Assembly (NCBI GenBank): GCA_004431415.1
Contig: QPMI01000408.1
Span: 992,001 to 1,056,000, forward strand
Length of the DNA stretch: 64,000 nucleotides
Direction: 5' to 3'
Source: Cyanophora paradoxa CCMP329
Lineage: Eukaryota; Plantae; Glaucophyta
In this document: in pieces, positions 49,901-59,695 of the stretch
Position numbering within the stretch: the stretch's first letter is position 1
Layout: each line of letters starts with the position of its first letter
The notes under the pieces: model-generated
Seen by the model: the letters and a program-made list of their open reading frames with translations, nothing else
What the model was told of the DNA's origin: nothing
Databases searched by the model: none
Made by a program: the position numbers and the translations under genes

Positions 49901-52900
49901 TGCCTCCTCTCGACGCGCCCAATGCGAACACTTTCACCTGGTCCGTCTTCGCGCCGGCGCGCGCTGTCGCCACGTTCGCGCCGGGCAGCACGAGCAGCCG
50001 GTACGGCCAGACGGCGATCCGCGTGCGGCTCGCGGCGAGGAGGGCGGACGTCGACGCGACCGCGGCCGGCGTGATCGCATCCATCCTGAGCCTGCCGTTG
50101 CCGCCCGTCGTCGCCGCCAACCCGAGCCTGACGGCCTCGCTCCTCGCGTCCATGGTCTCCGTCCAGTCCGTCACGGACGGCTCGACTGCCAGCGAGACGA
50201 TCCTGCACGTCGCCATCCAGCACGCCCTCGCGCCGCAGGCCAGCGTCCTCCCCGCCCGCGCCGTCGCCTGGGCCGTGGCGACAGAGCTCGCGAAGCCGTG
50301 GGCGCGCTTCGGCGGCGCCGAGGTCCTCGACGTCGCCCTCGCCGCCCCGATTTCCTTCCCGATTTCCATCCGGCTCGTCTCCTTCGTGGCGACGGAGGAC
50401 CTGGCGCTCGAGTCGGCCGAGTCGCGCCTCACCCGCTCGCTCGTCAACGCCCGCGAGGAGGTCCTCTTCCCCGGCGCCGCCGCCCCCGAGCCCGGTTACC
50501 CCTCCGTCTCGGTGCGCCGCCGCTGTATATTAGTGTTCTCGCGCCCGAGTCCGACCGGCCTGGCTCGCCGCAGGTCGTCGGGAGCGCTACGGCGGAGGAC
50601 GTGCGCATCGAAATTTACGACACGCTGCAGACGACGGCGCACGCCTTTGCGCAGGCGCTGCGCGACTACGCCCTGTGCAACGGAAACGTGGTCGACATGG
50701 CATTCGTGGTAATCACCTCGTCGACTGTCGATACGGCGGCGAAGGCACCCGCGCTGAGGGACTGCCCGACGACGGGCACCAACCCGCTCCTGCGGCTCAA
50801 GGGAATGCCGTACGGGCACAACTTCGTTCATATCACGCTCTCCGCGGACTTCAAGAAGAACTACGGCAACAAGAACAGCGAGGAGAAGCTCGCCATGCGC
50901 CTCCAGGCGATCGCGGATGCAGCGGAGCGCGCGTCGACGCGCTCGGGGCTGCCCGGGAACATTGCCAAGGAGGCGATCCGCGACTCGGAGTTCGCCCCAG
51001 GCAGCGCGGGCGCCGTCGTCATGTTCACCCTCGGGCCCGTCTCGCGGAAGCTCTCTTCCGTTCCAGCGTCGTACATCGCAAACCAGCTGCTCCAGAGCCG
51101 GTCGGCGAGCGGGGCAGGCTCGCGCTTCCTCGGGTTCCCCATCTCGAGCATCTCCATCAGCGACGTCGTTCCGCTCGACGTCACTCTCACGTTCGCCGGG
51201 GCGCCGCCGGCGGCCGCCGCCATCGAGACGGCCCTCCGGGCGGCGCTGCGGGCCAAGTTCGCCGAGCTCTCCGTCAGCCGCCCCACGGTGTTCCTGCGGC
51301 ATCTGTCCACGAGTGGGAGCGACGTGACCCTGCGCCTGCTCGACTACGATGCCCTCTCGGCGACGGCGATGGCGCAGCACGTGCTGGACCTCTACGTCTG
51401 CCACGGTGCGCGGCGTTGATATGTTTTCCGAAATCAGGATCACTGACGCTTCTTGATACTGCAGGATCGACGCTTGAGGGCGTGTCCGTGGCCGGAATGG
51501 TGGTTGCGCCCTCCGTTCCTGCTCCGCCCGAACTGGACGCGTGCGTCCTGTCCGTTGCAGCGACGCCGTCGTCGACGGCGGTCTTGTACACGCGCCAGCC
51601 CGGCTTCTCGGCCGCTCCGTCCACCGTCACCATCTCCGGCGAGGGCTTCCCCACAGACGGCGGCAGCTCCGTCGTGTGCCGCTACGAGCCAGTGGGCAGC
51701 TCCTCGGCCGCGCGCGCGGCCAGCCCCGTCGAGACGGCCGCCACGGTTCTCAACTCGACGAACGCTGTCTGCGCCACGCCCCATGCGCCGGCCTTCCTTC
51801 CGGGCCTTTGGCCAGTCACGTACCGCGTTGGTCTGAAGGTGCGCGAGCGCTCTCCGCACGCATTGCGTGCTCTCCCTCAGACCGTGGCACAGGTCGCGTC
51901 CCGTCCTCTCGACGCCTACTCCCGCACGACAGCCATTTTCACGTGGGAGCTCGTCGTGCCCCCGCTCTCCGTCGCCAGCGCGCCCTCCACCGGCCTCCGC
52001 TACGGGCAGGCGGCGGTGCACATCGCCCTCGGGGGCGCGGCCATCTCAGCGGTGGAGCTCGACGCGACGGTTCTGGCGCCCGCCATCCGCGCCTTCACAG
52101 CCTCCTCCGAGTCGGCGTTCTCGCTCCTGTCGGACGCGGCGCTGATGGCGATGGTCACCGGCTCGACCAACAACGGGAGCCTCGTCGTCACGTTCGAGCA
52201 CGAGGCGTCGACGTCCGCGTCGGTCGTCCCGTCGCACACGTTCGCGCGTGCCCTCGCCGCGGCGCTCGCCGCGCCGTGGTCGGCCTTCTACGACCGCCCC
52301 GTCCTCGCCGTCGCCGTGTCGCAGCCGGTTCCCTACCCCGCCGCCGTCTACAGCGTCGGGTTCGCGGGCAACTCCCCCACCGCACTCCAGGCCGCCCTCG
52401 ACGCGGCGCGGCTCGCCCTGCTTCCGGACGACGGCGCCATCCCTGGATTCGCGCTCTCCGCCGTAACGGGAACCACGTTGGACGGTGCCGTTGCGCTGTA
52501 CGACGGCGTCGCCGCCACGGGCATGGCCTTCGCCGCTGCGCTGCAGCAGCACGCCGTGTGCGAGGGCAACGCCCTGGGCGGCCTGGTCGTCCTGGGCGTC
52601 GCCGGCACGCCCGCCTTCCCGCGCTGCCCCGCCCCGGCGGCCGGCGTCGCGGGCATCCCCGGCGGCTCGGCCCTGGCGCGCATCACGATGGACCTCGACT
52701 TCGCCACGTTCGTCGCCGGCCTCGGGCCGGACGCGCGCGCGGCCCTCCGCGAGCGCGCTGCGGACTCGGCCGTCGCCCTCGTCGCCGCGGCGCAAGGTCT
52801 CAGCGCGGCCGCCGTCCGCCAGTCGCTGAAGGACGTCGCGTTCGCCCCCGGGAGCGTCGTCGCCGCGTTCGCGTTCGGCCCCGTCGAGGGCGCTTCGGTG

Positions 52901-53623
52901 CCGGCGTCGTCGTTGCTCGCCCAGGCGCTCGTTTCGGGCGCTTCAGGCTCCGGCTCCTTCCTCGAGGCCCCCGTCAAGTCCGTGTCGGCCGTGTCGGCCG
53001 AGTCGCCCTCCGGCACCACCCACGTCGACTCCAAGAACGCGGTCGCGCAGTCCGGAGGATCCGCCGCCTCCTCGCCGTCGTTGGGATCCGACGCCGCCGC
53101 CTCCTCCGGCCAGGGCTCGCTGAGCGTCCCCATCGTCGCCGCCTGCTCGGCCGCCGTCGCGCTCGTCGCCGTCGTCGCCGTCGTCCTCGCCGCGCGCCGG
53201 TACAAGCGGAGCCGGGAGGACGCGATGCGGCTGACGACCTCGCGGGGGCGGTCGGCCTCGCTCGCGCTGAACATCGACCACCACGCCGGCGAGGTCACGC
53301 ACGTCGAGGCCATGCCCTCCGAGGACGACGGGCTCTCGCCCGGCCGCGCCCGGCAGCCGAACCCGACAGCCCGCCCCGCCTCAGCGTCGTCGTTCCTGGA
53401 GCCGCGCCTCGCGTGGAGCCCGCGCGACGGAACCGCTTCGTACTCCGCCGTCGCCTTTGCCGGCGCGATCGAGCCGGCGCCTCGCTCGCACCGGTCCAAG
53501 TCGGAGGACCTCCCGAGCATCCAGCTGCAGGACGTCGGGAGCGACGGCGACCGCTCAGACTGGTCCGAGCTCGCCAGCGGCGTCCGCAAGGCCCGCCGCC
53601 CCAGCTCCCTCATCATCGGCTGA
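22462..53623 (+). CDS. Giant multi-exon cell-surface (type I membrane) protein: signal peptide, PKD-like, Cys-rich, IPT/TIG, Ig/filamin-like, REJ-like, Ser-Pro stalk, single TM
   Basis: Signal-like [18 protein letters not shown]; PKD motifs ([40 protein letters not shown]); [23 protein letters not shown]; TIG-like [15 protein letters not shown]; repeated RDRxGN Ig-like units; REJ-like DPDS..WTYAWTC; ([14 protein letters not shown])n; [30 protein letters not shown] (~53126-53210). No clear intergenic break was seen, but it could be two genes; alternative start at 22375. Confidence 0.7.
40258..40326 (+). repeat. Intronic 34-bp exact tandem duplication
   Basis: GACCCGCTCTTCTGACGAGGTACTCTTCAAATTC x2 just before the GCAG acceptor. 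Confidence 0.85.
48765..49600 (+). repeat. Coding 42-bp tandem repeat (~19-20 copies) encoding [14 protein letters not shown]
   Basis: CCGAGCCCGAGCCCGTCGCCCAGCCCGTCGCCGACGGAGACG near-identical copies; one copy lacks a C at ~49027. Confidence 0.97.
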
Positions 53624-54398
53624 GACGGCTCACGATCGCGAGCCTGGGAGGTAGAAAAGCCTGCTCGCTGGCTGACCCAGCGATAAAAATGCGATTTAGA
53701 GAGAGTGTGCGTAGTGAGGAGAACGTTTTAAATTTATATGTAGTAGTTAGATTTGTCACGGCGTGTAACTTAGTAATATTGTGGGCTTGTTCGATCACCC
53801 TGTGCTATCATAGTATTGTGGACTTGTTCGATAAGCCTGAGCTATTTTTATCGACCTGCTTACTGCCAGGCGGCGCCCTCACTAGTACTCGGAGCCTCTT
53901 TTGTGTCTACTAGTATTTTAATTCGAGTTTGTACAGGTAATCATAGTGATCAACGGATAGGACCAGTCCATTGATAGTGGTCGACTGGGCTAAGAAGTTC
54001 GACCCACGTACAGTAGTCTCTGCTCTACGTGGAGCTCGCCCTCCGAATTCCAAACATAATTTTCTGCATCAGGCAGGCCCTAATCGAGTGCTGTATCATA
54101 GCTAGCAGCGTGTATTTCGTTTTCGAAGGCTAGCAATACGTATACATAACGAAATTTGCCAATACTCCACATGCTCGAGGGGACTGGCTGCTATAGCCAG
54201 CGCTACGCATGCACGAGATGCAGGCCTAGGGCGCCTGCAGCTGCACGCATTGTACGCGACGGCGAGCGCCTCCTTCGCCTGCGGACGCGAATGTCAAAAT
54301 GTAGAATTTCCTATCGCTGTCTTCTTGCGTTGGGGCGCGGCTGTTCTAATTGAGACGCAGAACTTCGCGCCTTTGATTGCTTGGGTCCTCGCAGGTGA

Positions 54399-55281
54399 TC
54401 ATATGAGGCCCGCCTCGCGCCGGCGCTTGAACGCGTCCTGGGCCCCGCGCGCCCCCGTCGGCCTCGCCCCGCGCCCCCCCCGTCGGCCTCGCCCCGCGCC
54501 CCCCCGTCGGCCTCGCCCCGCGCCCCCCCGTCGGCCTCGCCCCGCGCGCCCCCGTCGGCCTCGCCCCGCGCGCCCCCGTCGGCCTCGCCCCGCGCCCCCC
54601 GTCGGCCTCGCCCCGCGCGCCCCCGTCGGCCTCGCCCCGCGCGCCCCCGTCGGCCTCGCCCCGCGCCCCCCGTCGGCCTCGCCCCGCGCGCCCCCGTCGG
54701 CCTCGCCCCGCGCCCCCCGTCGGCCTCGCCCCGCGCCCCCCGTCGGCCTCGCCCCGCGCGCCCCCGTCGGCCTCGCCCCGCGCCCCCCGTCGGCCTCGCC
54801 CCGCGCCCCCCGTCGGCCTCGCCCCGCGCGCCCCGCGCCGCCGCGCGCCCGCGCGCGCGCCCCGCGCGCCGCCCGCGCGCGGCCGCCCCGCGTGGGCGCA
54901 CCAGGCGATCAGAGGGCGCGAAGGCGATGAGGGGGTCAGAGATCTCCTGGAACTTGCGGGGCTGAGGGAGCGCGGGACCCGGTCGGGAACGAGGGGGGCG
55001 TGGAGGACGGGGGCCGGCGCTCAATATCGAAAGGGAGGGAGGCGGGGCGGACCTTGCAGAGGGAGGGAGGGGGCCGCGCGCAGCGCTCAGCGGCGGAGCC
55101 CGGCCCGCGGGGCCCGGAGGGGTATCGGGGCGGCGCACCGGGGCGATACCTGCGGGTGCGCGGGGTTAGGCGGTGCGGGAAAGAGAGGGCGGGGGGCCCC
55201 CCGGCGCCGCCAGCGGCGGGGCCTTGGTGGCCAGGCACCTCCTCGGCGCCTTGCCTTCGCCGTTTGCTTCATACGAGCCAT
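54399..55281 (-). pseudogene. Degenerate/truncated histone H3-like gene
   Basis: ATG at 55281: MARMKQTA(K), then after a 1-nt shift [37 protein letters not shown]; after the minisatellite AQDAFK..*. These are collinear with H3 [58 protein letters not shown]. The rest of the histone fold was not found. Confidence 0.7.
54443..54850 (+). repeat. GC-rich minisatellite, 21-23-bp unit, ~17-18 copies
   Basis: CGTCGGCCTCGCCCCGCGC(G)CCCC(C) repeated. Confidence 0.95.
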
Positions 55282-56528
55282 GCCTCGGCGGGCTCGTCGG
55301 GCTCGCGGCTCGTCGATGCTGCGGCGCTGAGGGGGGGGGGGGGGGGGGGGGGGGGGAGAGGGGAGAGGGAGGGGGTCGGGTCGGAGGTTAGAGTGGCGGG
55401 TCGTGGGGGGGAGGAAGGCGACCCCACCGGGAAAAGGCGGAAGGGGGCGGCGGGAGGGGGGGAGGGGGTGGGGGGTGGGAGAGGGTGGGGGGGGGGGGGG
55501 GGGGGGGGGGAGGCGCGGGACTCCCCCGAGGTCCAATCGGCCTCTCGGCCTCTCTTGCGAGCGTCGGATCGACACGGCCTGATCGACACGGCCACAGCGT
55601 CGGATCGGCGGGGGGCTGCAGGGCGGGTGAGGAAAGTCAAACCATCCGCCCTAGCGACCCGTGGGTGCACCGGATGACGGCGGGACCTCGTCTAATCAAT
55701 CGGGCGCGTCTTCCCGGTTCGTTAAAAAAGAACGGGCCGAAATGGCGTCGTGTGGGGGGGGCGGTACGTGCACACCAGCGCCGAACCTCACCTTCGATTC
55801 ACGACCCCGCTGTTGCTTCCCCCCTCCAAATCGACCCCGGGGAATCGATTGGCGGGGTCGGCGAGGGGCGTGGAGGGGGTACTGGAGCGCCAGGGAGGGG
55901 TCGGGTGGTTGATGGCGGCGCAACCTGGGCAAAACCGAGTGAATAGCAGCCGATGGGTGCTAGGAAGCGATCGGGCGGGGTTGGGGCGGACCGAGCCGCT
56001 CTGGCGCCAAGCGAGATGCGTTCAACCGACCCCGGGTCGCTGCCGCGCGGCTTCTGCAGGACGGAGGGCACCACAGAGGCCATCTGCGCGCTCTAAGATC
56101 GCACGGAGCCTCGGAGAGCGTTTCCCAGCGCGGGGCGGGCGGGAACTCGGTGCGTTCGCAGGACGCGTCGGGGGCCACGCGGCGGCTCGCCGAGCGAGCG
56201 CGGACCGATCGGGCGTGAAGCGAGAGCCGTAAAAGCCAGCACACACGTGTCCCTACCGGCAGGCGTGCTGCGGAACGGCCATCGCGCACATGCCACGCCC
56301 ACCGTCAGCTTTTCATCGATCGAAGAGCGCGAGCGGCGAACCTGTCACGTCCTATGCGTCCGGTTTGTAACCAGAAGTGCCGCGAACAGCTGCAGGCCTC
56401 CGGCGACCTGGCCGCGTCCTAGCGGCGTCGGACGTCCAGCTCTTAGGGGTACGGGTCTCGGCCGCGGCCTACGCAGAGGCCAGCTGCAGCACGAACCCAG
56501 GACAGGACAGGAGAGCAGCGATCATCGG

Positions 56529-59500
56529 ATGGCTCTGCACGGCGTGTACGCTGAGTATGCGAAGAGCGGGCGAGCGTCCTGCAAGACGTGCAGCAATCTC
56601 ATCGAGAACAGGGTTCGCGTCCCGATCCGGCGCCGATCTAGCTGCGCGTGCGCTTCTGGGATGAGGTCAGACGTTCCTGGCTCGCTGGCGTCGTCCGCAG
56701 GCGCTGCGAATCGGCTTGGAGTACGATTCCGACTTCTTCGACGGCACGTACAAGAGCTGGAACCACGCGACATGTGCTTTCAAAGAGGTGCACTACGGTG
56801 GTGCATTAGCAGGCCGCACTGCGCCCTTGCAGCTGATCATGAAACTCGCTCGCGGCCGCTTTGCATATGCAATTGCGCAGCCATGCCTGTCGAAGATGAG
56901 AGCATTCGGCATCTCCGACGCGGCCCAGATCAGGGGGTTCTCGGACCTTCGCCCAAAGGTGCGCAGAGCGCTCGGCTGCGCGGCGCGAATCCCGGCCCGC
57001 GGCCGGATATCGATCCCGGAAGCGCGCTACAGCTAGCTGATCATGAATCCGACTTCGCAGGATCAGCAGGCGCTCGTCAAGCTCATGGCGGCCGCGGGCG
57101 GTGCACGTGAGCGTCAGCTAGCCTGCGCTGTCTCGCAGATCTGTCGACAATGCTGATCCGCCTCCGCAGCGGAAGCCGACGGCAGGGGAGAAGAAGAAGA
57201 AGAAGGAGAAGACGAGGCCCCACCGCCCAAGGCCAAGGCCAAGGCCGCGGTCGTCAGCAGCGCGACCTCCATGCGCTGCCCGGCGCCCGCTCACCGCCGA
57301 GCGCAGAAGGGAAAGCGCGGACGGAAAGCGAAGAAGGAGGAGGAGGAGGACAGTGAAGAGGACGAGGAGCCGGCGGGCAAGAAGCCGGCGGGCAAGAGGG
57401 CGGCGGGCAGCAGGACGAAGGCGAATTCGAAGTCGAAGTCGAAGGACGTCGACGGCGAGGGGGCGAAGAAGGAGGGGGAAGCAGCCTCGGACGCCCTCTG
57501 GAGAGTCAAGGTGCACCCCACGGGGCTGCCGCGCGCTTAAGCTTCGAGTTCGCGGGCCGATCGCTGGAGGCACAGGACGAGCTGGCCGCGCTGATGCAGA
57601 AAGGCGACTTGACGCGGGAGCACCTGCGGGCCATCTGCCGCGCCAACGGGCAGCCCGATGGCGGCGGCGACTCGACGCTCCTCGGCCTCGTCAGCGCCCG
57701 CCCCAGCCCCTCGGCGTTCTCCACAATCCCTGACAGCCGCCCGCCCACAGGTCGCCGACGGCCTTGGTGCTGCAGTCCCTCGTCGCTCCTCTGCGCAGCT
57801 GACCGCCGTGCAGTGTTTGGCCGCATTCCATCGTGCCCGGCGTGCAACGGGACCAAGGTGGTACACGAGAGCGGGGCCTACCGTTGCCGCGGCGCCATCT
57901 CCGAGTGGTCGGCCGAGTTTCTTGTTTCTGTGCTCTCGCGGCGCCCGCCGACACAGTCGCCCCGCAGGACGGCCTGCACGTGGGTCGGCGAGGACATGGA
58001 CCGCAGGCACTACGAGGTGCCGGACGGGCCGAAGCTCCAGCGAAGCTCCAAGAAGCAGAAGAAGGGCGGAAAGAAGAAGAAGAGGAGGAGAAGGCGGAGC
58101 TCCGACTCGGAAGAGGACGAGGACGAGGAGGAGGTCGACCTCGACGACTTCGTGGGCGGCAGGGACGGCCTGGGCAGCTCGGACGACTACGATAGCTGGG
58201 GGGAGGCCGAGAGTCGGCGCGACGAGATCCGCGAGATGCTTCAGAAGAAGAGGGAAATGCCAGCGGTGGATCCCGTCTACGCAAAGGTGCGCCCTGGTCC
58301 CCGCCACGCGGCGTGCGGCGATTCATATTTCGCCGAAACCATTTCGCTATCGTTTCTTTGCAATCCTATAAAGTATTAAGCGCCAAAGATATATATATTA
58401 AGAGCCGTTTTAGCAATACTTAAAAGCATGGCGCGCAGATTCGAAAGCTGGCCCCCGAAGAGAGGCTCAAGCCCGCCAAGGCCGCCGCGGTCGTGAGCGC
58501 CCCCGCGAGCTCAAGCTCCGCTGCCACACCCGCCGCCGCCGCCTCCGCGGTCTCCGGATCCGGATCCGGTGCCGCGTCTGCTGCCGCTGCCGCTACCTCA
58601 TCCCCCCCCTCGGCCTCGACGGTTCTCCGTTTCGTCCGCTCGTCGTTTCGTTTCGGTGAAGACTGCAGCAGGGTCCGCTAGCTGGAAAGAGCTTTGCATG
58701 GGCTCCGACGACGGGCGTCAGGCGGGACAGGGAGGCCCTGCAGACTGCTGTGCGCATTCGAATTCCCTCCCTCGGCGCCAATTTGGTTCAAGCCGCGGGC
58801 AGATCGTGCAGCTCGGCGCCGTCCTGCGTGGCGCTGTCGGGCCTCATGTCAGCTTTCTCATCGTTGGGTGCGGAACTCCTGCGAATTCTCACTCGATGTC
58901 CGTGCTGGATATCGATTAACCTCTCTGCAGCAACGAGTACGATGGGATCTCGAAGCGCCCTTCCCAGGTCTGCACGGCTGAGAAGCACAAGGTGCGCTGC
59001 CCTGTCTTCTGCGGATGTATATTCGGCCTCGAGCTCTTGATCACCATCGTGCAGGTGCCGCTGGTGAGGGAGGCGTGGATCGACGTGCGTGATCGATATC
59101 GCGCCGCGCGCCGCCACCCTTCTCCGTCCTTCGCCGACTCCGCTACGCAGGAGATGCTGAAGGCGGGGGCGCTGGTGGACCAGGCGCCCTTTATCCTGGC
59201 GAAGCCCGGGGAGCACACGGGGGAGACCACAGAGGAGGATGAGCCCGCAATGCCGGCGGCGCCGGTGGGCCAGAGCAAGCCGCCCCTGGCGACGACGGTC
59301 CAGGACGAGGCCAAAGCGACGCCGGCGGCTGCGGGTCAGAGCAAGCAAGAGGAGGCGGTGCAGCGGCAGCCTGTTCGCAAGCACCGCGCGGTCATCGATC
59401 CCGACTCGGGCTTTGTCGGCAAGGCCCACGTGTGCGTGCCGCCTTTAATTAATTCGCACCGCCCTCCGCGGTCGCCGACGCCGGCCTGCCGCCAAGTCCA

Positions 59501-59663
59501 ATGCGGGGCGGGATTCTCGGCAGGTTCGAGACGGACACCGACGTGTTCTCTGCGAAGCTCGTGAACCCCGACGCGGCTGCGGGGGGGACCTACACCTTCC
59601 AGCTCCAGGTGATCGAGTCTGACAGAAAGGACTCTTGGTGCGCCCTTCTCCCTTCAAACCTCG

Positions 59664-59695
<32 letters not shown>

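Noticed and set aside
48497-50223. Antisense and alternate-frame ORFs ([10 protein letters not shown].., [10 protein letters not shown].., poly-Arg)
   Set aside because: Shadows of the 42-bp Ser-Pro repeat.
51541-53913. 790-aa overlapping Arg-rich ORF and 422-aa antisense ORF
   Set aside because: Off-frame read-through of a GC3-rich exon; the frame ending at 53623 carries the duplicated module and the TM helix.
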